A stretch of DNA of 64,000 nt, taken from the human T2T-CHM13v2.0 reference genome, Homo sapiens. This document shows positions 1 through 13,639 of the stretch, one piece after another. The notes beneath the pieces were generated by a model. It did no database searches. It was given only the letters and a program-made list of their open reading frames with translations, and was not told the DNA's origin. Position numbers and translations under genes: made by a program. The stretch's first letter is position 1, and every line of letters starts with the position of its first letter. The stretch is from NCBI RefSeq assembly GCF_009914755.1, contig NC_060926.1, one strand, 5' to 3'.

Positions 1-201
1 CTAAGGGATGGGAAAAACCTTTTCATTTTTCATCTTCTTTCCAACAATATGAATTTCTTAGTTTTCAAACTATACTCAGGAAAGCTGGGCTTTAGGATTT
101 AACATGTAGTGATGAGTTCTGTGTGTATTTTAATATTTTACTCAGGATTCCTATTAATTGAAAAAAATTTTTAACTTTTTTATTATAAATCTTTTTTTCA
201 G

Positions 202-507
202 GGAGGAGATATCACCAAACATGATGGAACAGGCGGACAGTCCATTTATGGAGACAAATTTGAAGATGAAAATTTTGATGTGAAACATACTGGTCCTGGT
301 TTACTATCCATGGCCAATCAAGGCCAGAATACCAATAATTCTCAATTTGTTATAACACTGAAGAAAGCAGAACATTTGGACTTTAAGCATGTAGTATTTG
401 GGTTTGTTAAGGATGGCATGGATACTGTGAAAAAGATTGAATCATTTGGTTCTCCCAAAGGGTCTGTTTGTCGAAGAATAACTATCACAGAATGTGGACA
501 GATATAA
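202..507 (+). CDS. RANBP2: RANBP2/NUP358 terminal coding exon (C-terminal half of cyclophilin/PPIase domain)
   Basis: Acceptor ctttttttcag|GGA at 201/202. Frame reads [67 protein letters not shown]...ECGQI-TAA, the recognisable RANBP2 C-terminus. Confidence 0.97.
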   Translation, partial: GGDITKHDGTGGQSIYGDKFEDENFDVKHTGPGLLSMANQGQNTNNSQFVITLKKAEHLDFKHVVFGFVKDGMDTVKKIESFGSPKGSVCRRITITECGQI

Positions 508-687
508 AATCATTGTTGTTCATAGAAAATTTCATCTGTATAAGCAGTTGGATTGAAGCTTAGCTATTACAATTTGATAGTTATGTTCAGCTTTTGAAAA
601 TGGACGTTTCCGATTTACAAATGTAAAATTGCAGCTTATAGCTGTTGTCACTTTTTAATGTGTTATAATTGACCTTGCATGGTGTGA

Positions 688-693
688 AATAAA
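688..693 (+). terminator. Proximal polyadenylation signal candidate (AATAAA)
   Basis: AATAAA with upstream TGTA motifs and a downstream GT-rich tract (ggtgtatttcaggtgtacttgtgtt). Confidence 0.55.
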
Positions 694-2395
694 AGTTTAA
701 ACACTGGTGTATTTCAGGTGTACTTGTGTTTATGTACTCCTGACGTATTAAAATGGAATAATACTAATCTTGTTAAAAGCAATAGACCTCAAACTATTGA
801 AGGAATATGATATATGCAATTTAATTTTAATTCCTTTTAAGATATTTGGACTTCCTGCATGGATATACTTACCATTTGAATAAAGGGACCACAACTTGGA
901 TAATTTAATTTTAGGTTTGAAATATATTTGGTAATCTTAACTATTGGTGTACTCATTTATGCATAGAGACTCGTTTATGAATGGGTAGAGCCACAGAACG
1001 TATAGAGTTAACCAAAGTGCTCTTCTCTAGAATCTTTACACCTCCTGTGTGGTTACAAGTTAACTTTGTAAGTAGCGTACCTTCCTTCCTTAAAATATCT
1101 AGCTTCCTGTGCCCTTTCATAGATATTCGATTAATTTTTACATTTTAAACAAGTTGACTATTTCCTTTAGGGGTTTTGTTTCAAACTTTTCTGTCATCTG
1201 TCTCTACTACCTCAGAAACTGCAGCTTGGTTCTGATGATAGAAATTGAATTTTTCCTTGTAGTTATTGTGATAAAGTATGAATATTTTTAGAAAGTCTAT
1301 ACCATGTTCTTTCGTTAAAGATTTGCTTTATACAAGATTGTTGCAGTACCTTTTTCTGGTAAATTTTGTAGCAGAAATAAAATGACAATTCCTAAGAGCC
1401 ACTGACATCCAAAAAATTCATTACTTACGCTTCGGGTTCATTCTAAAGTAAGGAAGACAATTTAAAGGCAGTAAATTCAAACTGCTGCATAATTTCCAGA
1501 GCTCCTAGTTTCTCAAGTTTGATACACACCAAAAACGTATTTGGAAATGGCTTGTATCAAATGTTAGGCAAATTGCTAAAGAAAAGAGGATGTTCTTATT
1601 GGCCTACTCAATATGGAACTACAAAGAATCCAGGTAGAACACAAAATTTTGTATATTGCAATTATGAATATTGACTGTCTTCCACCCATCTGTGTTCTTT
1701 CGGGTGAAATTACCTCATTTTATTTAGTGAGGAAAGACAGGTTTATTCCCTGTTACATGGGGATTTGGAAATTGGGTATCCTAAAGCAAGTAACTGTTCA
1801 ACCACCAGTCAAAAGAGGGGAGGGATGTTGTGCGAGTAATGAGTGATGGTATACCATCACCATTCCACTCGGCCACAAAGCCAGATACTTGAAATAAACC
1901 TACTCCAAATGTATCAGTTCAGTCTTGAACCATGGATTACATATGTTTACACTAAATATTTCAAATTGGCTTATTTGGAAATCTATGTAATATAAACTGA
2001 TGTAAAGTGTGTTGTAACTTTTCAGCTGAGACAGTTGATGCCTTCGTCATGATTTTAGAATAAATTCTTAAGTTAATGCAAGTGCTTTTTAAGAGACTTT
2101 TTACAGATTTGTATGCTTTCCTAAAGCACTAAAGTTACAAATTAAAAAGCTTTAAAAACTTTGACCAAAAATTTGACAAAATGACATGTAAACTGACTTT
2201 TCCCGTATTAGTATTCCAAAGATGCTTAAAAGTGGCTTGTGGCATTTATGAGAAAGTCTTTGTGTCACATTTCAGGAAAGGACTTTGATTTCTCTTTGTT
2301 ATTTAATCACTGATGTGGTCTAAACCCACGATAATATGTATCTTTCCTTTTAAACTGGATTTTATGTTGTCTCATTAAAATCTGCTTAAAGATAG

Positions 2396-2401
2396 AATAA
2401 A
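2396..2401 (+). terminator. Distal polyadenylation signal candidate (AATAAA)
   Basis: Last AATAAA of the UTR-like block before the CCDC138 promoter. Confidence 0.6.
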
Positions 2402-2857
2402 ATTCATTATTTGTACATCTTAAGTGGTACTTTATGGCAAAAAGTATGGCCTAAGTAATTTTCAGATAATAACTGCTGAAGTACAGATTTTATAAAACTT
2501 GGGCATTTGGGAACTTTAATCCAGAGAATTTAGGAGTTGTTAGTCCAGAGATGCAGCTGACAGTCACAATTTAGAAAGTAAAAGATTACACCACTGTAAT
2601 TTTATGAATGAGAAAAATGAAGTGGTTGTACAGTTCCCCTCAGTCAGTTTTGTTTAACATAGGTTTTCAGGTTGATGTATACTATGTACTATGGTTAGCA
2701 CTGTTGTAGGTATTGGCAAAAGCTTTTTTCTTTTCAAAAAAAAAAAGTTTTTTTTCCAGGGTGCTTACATTCTAACTATTCTTTTTAATACCCTGTTATA
2801 CCCCATATGGAACACAGGGAAAGTGAGGTAATCTGCAATGTCTATGCTCAGCTTTCC

Positions 2858-2999
2858 CTTTTTTTTTTTTTTTTTAACTTTAAGAGATGGGAGTCTTGCT
2901 ATGTTACCCAAGATAGATGTAACTCTCAGGCTCAAAGCAATGCTCCCGCCTCAGCCTCCTTAGCAGCCGGGACTACACGCGCGCCACCACTCCCGGCTC
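2858..2999 (-). mobile_element. Alu monomer (FLAM-like)
   Basis: Poly-T followed by gagtcttgctatgttaccca...gcctcagcctcc...ccactcccggct, about 140 bp. Confidence 0.75.
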
Positions 3000-3099
3000 A
3001 GATATACTCTTGGTTTTTCTTTTATATGGCAGTTAGCAAAGGTCACTTCTGATGGAACGACCGGTCTATGTGGTGAGCGCAACGCACACCAAACTTAAC

Positions 3100-3720
3100 A
3101 GGTTAAATGGAGCTGGAGCGGAGCGCTGCAGGCAGGTGCGGGGCCTCGGTGCCCCTCAACCCGTGGCACCCAGGCAGCCGGGGCAGGACTATCGCGGGGA
3201 GATGCAATACTACTCAGTTACGAGGTGTGTAGTGCTAGCACGAGAAACTTGGAGGACGCGCTGACAAGCCGGGCTGCAGTCTCCGGGTCGCCCCGCCCCG
3301 CCCTTTCCCTGCCGCCGTGCGTGCCTCGGGGGGGCGGGGTCTGGCACGTCGTGACGCACTGCGGCCGCGTAGCGCCGCGGGTTTGATGAACGCGGTTCCC
3401 GGGGAGACTGGTACGGTTGCTGTGTGCTATGGAGCCGAGGGTCGTCAAGCCACCGGGGCAGGATTTAGTAGTGGAGAGTCTCAAAAGCCGCTACGGACTC
3501 GGGGGCAGCTGCCCCGACGAGGTGAAGCCGCCGCCTGAGGTCCGCGGGTGGGCTCCTGCTGCTGGGGGGCGGCCCGCTCCGTGCCCCGCGCAGCCGGCCT
3601 GGGGGCGCGCAGCGGCTCTGGTCCCGGCCCCGGCACTCCCGCCGTGGCTGCGGCTTGGGCCTCGTGGAAGCAGGCGGGAGGGGCGGGCGTTGCGCTGCGG
3701 GGGTGCGGGGGTGCCGCTTC
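3100..3720. promoter_or_regulatory. CCDC138: CpG island / CCDC138 promoter and exon 1
   Basis: Abrupt GC- and CpG-rich block. GC boxes ccccgccccgccc (3291-3303) and ggggcgggg (3331-3339); TGACG half-CRE near 3352; no TATA box seen. Confidence 0.92.
3429..3521 (+). CDS. CCDC138: CCDC138 coding exon 1
   Basis: Kozak context gctATGg; MEPRVVKPPGQDLVVESLKSRYGLGGSCPDE; donor GAG|gtgaag; 93 nt. Confidence 0.92.
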
Positions 3721-3834
3721 ACCTATGCCTCTGTGTTCCTGGTATACTGGGCATGGTGTGGTGTTGGAGAAAGTGCTATTCAGCTTTTTTTTGCAGTGAT
3801 GTGAGTGGAGTTGTGAAAACAATTGAATTGCTTT

Positions 3835-4600
3835 TTAAAAGCGGCTTATTTCGAAATAATTTCGGACTTACTCAAAAGTTGCTGCAGTATTACCAAGAAT
3901 TCCCTTGTACCCTCACTTGCATTCACAAATTAATATTTTGCCACATTGGCTTTACCATTCGTTCTCTCCCCTTCCCTCCCTACAAACGCATTTTTTCCCT
4001 TTGAACTATTTGAGGGTGATTTGCAGGCATCATGCCCCTTTACCTCTGAATAGAAATAACTTGTGCATTTTTCCTAAGCATAAGGACGTTGTCTTTTAAT
4101 AACCACAGTAATATTTTCAGGAAATTTAGAATTGGTATAATATTTGGTAATCTAGAGTTCATAAGAAATTTCAGCAATTATCTCGATAAAACCTTTTATA
4201 GGAAAATTTTTTCCTAGTGCAGATCCGACCCAAGAACGAGCATTGATTGTATTTGATTGTCCTTTTTGTTGCCTTTAATCTGGAACAGGTTCACAGCCTT
4301 TGTTTTCTGTAAGGTTGTTTTTTTTTTGAGAAGTGTAAGAATTATTTATTGGATTGTTTCTCCGTTTGGGTTTATCTTATAGATGCTTCTTCGTTAGATT
4401 GATTATGCATTTTTGGCAGGAGCATGAGATGAGTGATGTGTGGCCTGCTGTGGGGAGGAACATGACGTTGGTTTGTCACATTATTGATGATATTAGTTTT
4501 GATCACTTGGTTAAGATGGTGTCTACAAGATTTCTCCACTCTAACCTTTGTAATTAATACATAATTTGTGGGGAAATATTTTGAGACAGTAAATTGATTT
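3835..4600 (-). mobile_element. Old L1M (L1MC/ME-like) 3' fragment
   Basis: ttatttcgaaataatttcggacttactcaaaagttgc and tttgatcacttggttaagatggtgtctacaagatttctccact resemble the L1M 3' UTR consensus. Confidence 0.55.
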
Positions 4601-4637
4601 TTAGTATACAAATTAAATCTTTTCTTTTTTTTTTTAG

Positions 4638-4695
4638 TATGATTTTTCAAATTTTTATCAGTCTAAGTATAAGAGAAGAACTCTAACCTCCCCAG
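4638..4695 (+). CDS. CCDC138: CCDC138 coding exon 2
   Basis: Poly-T tag| acceptor; YDFSNFYQSKYKRRTLTSP; donor CAG|gtaagc; 58 nt. Confidence 0.93.
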
Positions 4696-4742
4696 GTAAG
4701 CCGGTATTTTGTATATTTGGGGGTTTCAAAAATTTAATTTGA

Positions 4743-5348
<606 letters not shown>

Positions 5349-5457
5349 TTTGAGAGAGAAGATTTTAAAAATAGTATTATTTAGACTTATGGCCAGTGCC
5401 AGATATTTTGTGATATATTGTTGTGGTAATCTTTCATGGTTTCTTTGTCGTTGACAG

Positions 5458-5572
5458 GTGATTTGGATATCTACTCTGGAGATAAAGTTGGTTCATCGTT
5501 AAAATATTCTGATGAAAGCAAGCATTGTAGAACACCATTGGGCAGCTTATTCAAGCACGTAAATGTGAATTG
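5458..5572 (+). CDS. CCDC138: CCDC138 coding exon 3
   Basis: ttgacag| acceptor; [38 protein letters not shown]; donor TG|gtaaag; 115 nt; phases match both neighbours. Confidence 0.92.
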
Positions 5573-5888
5573 GTAAAGTACCCTGAAACTTTACTGTTGC
5601 TACCCCCTCAGTATCTCAAAAAACTGAGAAAGAGAAAAGGGCAGGTTATATTTTTGCTCTTTCCTGAGGACAAGTATGAGGACAAGTATAAGGCAGTCTG
5701 GAGCCTGCTAAATAGTTGAAGCGAGTCACTTATTAATTTTTACTGAGAATCTCTGTAATAAAAGCATAGACCTAGCATTATATTTAGTGGCATAATGGAA
5801 AGTTATTTATATAATGTAAAAGATGAAAAAATATATTTTTATGGTTATTCATTCAGGACCCAAATGAAGACTCTGCTCCCTTTCTTTA

Positions 5889-6243
<355 letters not shown>

Positions 6244-7151
6244 TTAGGCAGCAGCATTTTACTATCTCTGGTGTGTCTGGTATTGTATGCATTGTATTTA
6301 GGTGATTGAGAGAGATTGAAGAAGGTGGTCTGGGGAGATGGTAACTACAGGGTATGTAGGATACAGTGCTGGGTTAAAAGAAGTTGCCGTTCTGTAAGGA
6401 AGATACTATTTACTATGGGGAAAAAATATAAAAACAGTGGAAGCTAAGGTAAAATAAAGATCTAAGTTGGATATTATTTAATGCTAAAAATATGTGGCAG
6501 AAAGAAATGCTATGGGTATCAAGAAGGAGTAAGCATTTTGAAATAAAGATGTATCCATATATAACATGAAATGTTGAAATAATTGTGGAGAGAAAAAATA
6601 ATTATGCCTAAAGTATCTGTATGTTACATAATTAGTATTTGGGAGCTTGACTTTTTTTAATACAGTTTTCTCTTTCTCTACTTAAATAAGTTAATCTGTG
6701 TAACACACTTTGAACAGTTCTGGGTAAATAATAAGTACTCAAATGTTACCTATTATCATTATTATTACTATTTCATGTTGCACTCACAAAATCTAGTTGA
6801 TCTAGATTTAGGATTTAGACATGAGCTACGTTGAATGTAGGGTAAGGAAAGTGAAAATTGCTTTTAAGGTAATAATTATAAATTTATGGAAATTATTTTC
6901 TTTTTAACTGAGTTTTATCATTTTTTATATAATGACCTGGGTATAACTCTAAACTATAATCTAAAGGTTTTGGACTATGAAGGTTTTCATAACATTGGAC
7001 CCCTAGTTGTGATCTGGTCTGAAACTATGCTGTCCAGCACAGTAGCAACAGGCCACATGTACCTATTGAGTACTTGAAATGGGGCTGGTCTGAATTGAGA
7101 TATGCTGTAAGTGTCATATACACACTGGCTTTCTAAGACTTAGCATAGATA

Positions 7152-7320
7152 ACAAAAATTAGCCGGGCATGGTGGCGGGTGCCTGTAGTCCCAGCTACTC
7201 GGGAGGCTGAGACAGGAGAATTGCTTGGACCCGGAGGCAGAGGTTGCAGTGAGCCGAGATCGCGCCACTGCACTGCAACCTGGGTGACAGAGTGAGACTC
7301 CGTCTCAAAAAATAAATAAA
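7152..7320 (+). mobile_element. Alu right arm only
   Basis: acaaaaattagccgggc...ccgtctcaaaaaataaataaa. Confidence 0.9.
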
Positions 7321-7389
7321 TAGGCATGGATAAAATAATGTAAAATATCTTAATTTTGTGTGGGTGTATGTGGGTTTGCAGGGGGCGAG

Positions 7390-7704
<315 letters not shown>

Positions 7705-8280
7705 TGATAAACTTTTAGATATATTATATTAACTAATATTTTTAAAATTTATTTTTTTAACGTGCTACTAGAAAATTTTAAATTACCTATATGACTTGTG
7801 TTATATTGCTTTTGAACAATACTATTCCAAAAATTTCAACTCAGATTGTCTTTTTGGAGACAACACCTGGAATTCTAGTTCTGCTCCACTTTCTACTCGT
7901 TATGTCACCCATCAGTTATTTGACTTACTTAGGTTTAGTTTACTTATGTATATTATTTTAGCTAAAACTACCTTATAGATAACAGATTATTGGGAGTCAA
8001 AATAAAGTGTTCCTTAGCTGTAGAATATACCACAGGTAGGTATGTGTCATTTTAAATTAAGTCTATTTAATGTGTAGAAAAAGATGCTTGTAGTGGGTTA
8101 TCAATGATCAGTGACTGTTAGTTTTTACGTTTTTTCTTTTTACATGTTTACATTTTGCAGTTTAAAAAATGTTTTTACATTTTTTCTCAGTTATGCTGTT
8201 AATATTTGAAAAGCAGTTTTATCTTTTTAAAGTGCTATAGTAAACTTCTAGATTGCTGTGATACAATTATTTTTTTAAAG

Positions 8281-8408
8281 CCTAGATGATGAACTGGATT
8301 CTTTCCATGATTTGAAGAAACAGGAAACAGAAGAAGAGTTAATTGAAAATGATTATAGAGTTAGTACCTCGAAAATAACCAAGCAGTCTTTTAAAGAAAT
8401 AGAAAAAG
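8281..8408 (+). CDS. CCDC138: CCDC138 coding exon 4
   Basis: ttttttaaag| acceptor; LDDELDSFHDLKKQETEEELIENDYRVSTSKITKQSFKEIEK; donor AAG|gtaaaa; 128 nt. Confidence 0.92.
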
Positions 8409-9063
8409 GTAAAATAAATATTTTAGAACAATCAATTCAGTAGTAACTTTGTCAAGTAGAGTAAATGAAGCTTCCCTCCTAGTAATAACACTGGCCCCCA
8501 AGAGTTTGCATATTTCTGTGTTCTGAACTTCTGTAAGCTAGGAGATAGTTACTGTGCTTATTATTAAACTAAAGGAGCAGAGAAAATTAAACTTCATTAT
8601 TTTTCAGTAATATTCCTGTACCCTCAAAATTTATCAAAATAAGTTAATAACTGAGTAGATGATTGTGGTAGTATTTGACTACAATATTTTGAGAAAATAC
8701 TCCAGATTATTTGAAGTATGGATTTCTGGGCACTGAACTGCCAGCAGTTTTCTGTGTATCTGGCTGCATTTCATAGTTGTGGCGGGATTTCAAGGAATGA
8801 GACAACCAGAAATGGCACCCTTCACCCTCTGGGCTACAAGACTTTGAGTTGCCCTGTTGATAATACTGGTGCTGGTATTATGGTCTACACACAACAACAT
8901 TCATTTTCCTCTTTTCCCTCTCCTTTGTTTTCCTTTGTCCCATTATTCTCATCATTTGAGGAAGATGAAAAATAATTCTGTCGGGACTTGAGTTTCCTGC
9001 TATATGGTCGATTTTCCCAGTGGAAAACATGGGATAAGGTATAAAGAAAATGTTGCTTGTATT

Positions 9064-9113
9064 CCATTAAAAGTAATGGCAAAAGCCACAATGACTTTTG
9101 CACCAACCTCATA
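9064..9113. mobile_element. Partial MADE1 (Hsmar1 mariner MITE)
   Basis: ccattaaaagtaatggcaaaagccacaatgacttttgcaccaacctcata matches the MADE1 centre plus one terminal inverted repeat. Confidence 0.8.
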
Positions 9114-9388
9114 TTTGAAAGTAGACAAAATTAAGAAATGCTCGGGCCAGGGATTGGTGAGTCGGGAACCTAGACAGGCAAGTAGAGCTCTGTGAATGTG
9201 CCTTTCACTTTTAGGGCATTTGCTGAACTGAGTGAAGTGAAGCTTTTCATTTTAAAAAATTCATACTATGTTTTATTTTTACTTCTCCGTTGTCTGTTCA
9301 AAATGGAGTATAATGGAAGACACACCCCCCTCCTTTTTTAAAGCTGGGGCTTCCATGAGTCTAGTGCAAGTTAAAACCACTGAGCGTC

Positions 9389-9968
<580 letters not shown>

Positions 9969-10152
9969 CACTGACCGAGAGCATTTTATACTCTAATTGT
10001 TAAAAGAAAATAAATTCTGACAGTATAGTGCTGGCAAGGATATCAAGCAAGAGGAACTCACCTACTGCTGTTGGGAGAGTAAATTGATACAGCCACTTTG
10101 GAAAACAATTTGGCATCACTAGTAAAGTTGAATCTGCACATATACCCTATGA

Positions 10153-10506
<354 letters not shown>

Positions 10507-11145
10507 CACCCTCAGGAAACTCTTAAACTTGTACACCAGAAGCCACGTACGAGACTGTAGCATCTGTATAGCCAAATCAGCTCAAATTTCCACCTATAGG
10601 AGGATGCTGTATACAGTGTTTGCAAAATAGGATATACAGTGAAGATTTGTGAACCTGTTTAAAAGAAGAGGTTATAGAAATTATGTTAATATAATTACAT
10701 ATAAAATATAAAAGGCAAAACAAGCAAGGACTTTTAAGATTAAGTAGTGGAGATTAAACAGCAAAGCAAAGCAGCATGTAACACTTACTTGCATTAGTGG
10801 TAAATTTGGTTTAGGGGAGAGAGGGGAACATGATTAGGGGCTTTTAAGGTTGCTTTCCATTTCTTGGCAATTAGTGTCTTTTTATATCCTTTAAAATATT
10901 TTATTTTGAAATCATTTCAGACTTACAGAAAAGTTGCAAAGATAGTGCAATCAATTGCTGTATACCCTTCACCCAAATTTTCGATGTTACCACTTTACCA
11001 TATTTGCTATATTTTTCTTTGTCTCTCTTGAAACTTTTTAATGTTATATTTTGTACTTAAAGCATCTCTTCCTAAAGGTTACTCTGAGAATATTTGAAAC
11101 AATAAGTTAATAAAGTTTATAATGCAAATGTTATTTTCTTTGCAG

Positions 11146-11327
11146 TTGCCTTGCCAACTAATACGACCTCATCGAGACCTCGGACTGAGTGTTGTAGTGA
11201 TGCAGGTGACTCTCCTTTGAAACCTGTCAGCTGTCCAAAATCTAAAGCATCAGACAAGCGGAGTTTACTTCCACATCAGATCAGTCAGATATATGACGAA
11301 TTATTTCAGATACATCTGAAATTGCAG
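11146..11327 (+). CDS. CCDC138: CCDC138 coding exon 5
   Basis: ttttctttgcag| acceptor; VALPTNTTSSRPRTECC...ELFQIHLKLQ; donor CAG|gtaaga; 182 nt. Confidence 0.93.
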
Positions 11328-11752
11328 GTAAGAACTAAATACTGAATCGAGAATTCAGAAATATTTATGTTCTAAGAACCAAGCATTTACGAAATTTGAA
11401 TATATTTCATTTTAATTACTTTAGATAAGTTTGTCAAGAGAAGGACGGAAGGGGACAAACTCAAATTATAGGGACTAATGAAGGGAAAAATACAGTGGCT
11501 GAGAGAAAATAGAGACAGTGGCGTTTTTATTTGTAGGTGTGTGTTTCAGACTGTCTTGTATTTTATTTGATTTCCATCCCATCCTTACTTAAGTAATAAA
11601 ATCTGATAAAGTATGGTTTTTGATGTAGATGCTCTAGCTTTATTGTTTTAAGTACTTATTATATAAAAAGTCTTCTTGTCAACTCTCATCAAAATTGAAC
11701 TCTTAACATTTGCTTATTATCTGCCTTTCGGGTTTTTTGTTTCTAAAGTGTA

Positions 11753-12061
11753 TTTTTTTTTTTTTTTTTTTTTTTTTGCGATGGAATCTTGCTGTATCAC
11801 CCAGGCTGGAGTGCTGTGGTGTGATCTTGGCTCACTGCGGCCTCCGCCTCCTGGGTTCCAGTGATTCTCCTGCCTCAGCCTCCTGAGTAGCTGGGATTAC
11901 AGGTGCACCCCATCCCGCCCAGCCAATTTTTTGTATTTTTAGTAGAGATGGGGTTTCACCATGTTGGCTAGGCTGGTCTTGAACTTCTGACCTCAGGTGA
12001 TCTGCCCCCACTTGGCCTCCCAAAGTGCTGGGATTACAGGCGTGAGCCACAGTGCCCAGCC
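11753..12061 (-). mobile_element. AluS
   Basis: Reverse full dimer; flanks taaagtgtat/taaagagtat. Confidence 0.93.
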
Positions 12062-12597
12062 TAAAGAGTATAATTTATATATTAAGCATCCACGAGAAGT
12101 AGAGAAGGAAGCAGAAGTGTATGTAATGCGCAGTATCTGTTTGAAATTCTTCCCGTTGGAAACACATGAAATAGTTAAGCATTTCTTTAAAACCAGTATT
12201 TCGTTTTGTCAAAGTAATTCAGATTGTAATTACCATAGCATTTTAGAAAAAGATTATTTTAGCCTAAAATCACCAGGAAAAGTTTAGGGAGAGACTTAAT
12301 CTGGTCTTTGACTGAGAAAGATAATAGTGGAAAGGGCATTCCAGGTGTAAGGAATTGGAAATGAGAGGTGTTCTGAAAAGCAGTGATTGTCCAATTGTGC
12401 ATTTATTAGCCTGTCTGGAAGAAAGAAAATAATGAAAACTCAGGCTGGGTATTTTACAAGTTTTTAAGCAAAGGAATGTCAGAGTAAAAAGTCAGGTTTT
12501 AGGAAGATTCCTTTGATAACACTTTATAGGATAAAAAAGAATAGGCAAGATTGCAAGGATGTATCTATCATTTGTAGCAAACAAAGATGTTTAATAA

Positions 12598-12958
<361 letters not shown>

Positions 12959-12994
12959 AAATCAGTCTATAGTTTAATCTGACTTTAAAATTTA

Positions 12995-13635
12995 CTTTGT
13001 AAGTACAGCCACTGTGGAAAACACTTTGGAGGTTCCTTAAACTATAAGTAGAACTACCGTATGATCCAGCAATCCCACTCCTGGGTATATCCCCGAAAAA
13101 AGAAAACAGCGTATCGAAGAGATACCTGCACTCCCTTGTTCATTGCAGCTCTGTTCATAATAACCGAAATATGGAGTCAGTCTCAGTGTCCATTGGCAGA
13201 TAAAGAAAATGTGGTATCTATACACAATGGAATATTATTCAGCCATAAAAAGAATGAAATCTTATCATTGACAGCAGCATAGATAGAATTGGAGGTCATT
13301 ATATTAAGAGAAATAAGCCAGGCACAGAAGGACAGACATTGCATGTTCTCACTCGTGTGGGGTGGGAACTAAAGAAGTGGGTCTCATAGAAATAGAGATG
13401 GAATGGTGGTTACCAGAGGCTGGGAGGGGAAGGGTAGCAGGGGTGAAGAGAGGTTAGTTAATGGGTACAAAAATACAGTTAGATAGGAGTAAGTTTCAGT
13501 ATTTACTAGTACAATAGGGAAATTATAGTTAATGATAATTTATTGTATATTTTAAAGTGGCTAGAGAAGAATTGTAATGTTCTCAACACAAAGAAAGAAT
13601 AAATGTTTGAGGTAATAGATATCCCCATCACCTTG
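12995..13635 (+). mobile_element. L1MA 3' fragment
   Basis: End of ORF2 (tatgatccagcaatcccactcctgggtata...[12 protein letters not shown]) followed by an L1MA-type 3' UTR. Confidence 0.85.
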
Positions 13636-13639
13636 GTGA

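Larger units (their letters stand above)
508..2420 (+). other. RANBP2: RANBP2 3' UTR (end approximate)
   Basis: AT-rich sequence after the stop, with no repeat I recognise. AATAAA occurs at 688, 879, 1376, 1893, 2059 and 2396. Confidence 0.75.

Noticed and set aside
280-507. Processed cyclophilin A (PPIA) pseudogene
   Set aside because: It has a proper splice acceptor, an intact frame and RANBP2-specific residues, with no poly(A) tail or TSD.
3052-3822. Several overlapping GC-rich ORFs on both strands
   Set aside because: Stop codons are rare in CpG islands, and there is no domain-like content.
3417-4004. 195-aa ORF as a single-exon gene
   Set aside because: It is CCDC138 exon 1 read through into intron 1; the tail lies in an old L1 fragment.
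9064-9113. miR-548-type hairpin from MADE1
   Set aside because: Only one TIR arm is present, so the long hairpin cannot form.
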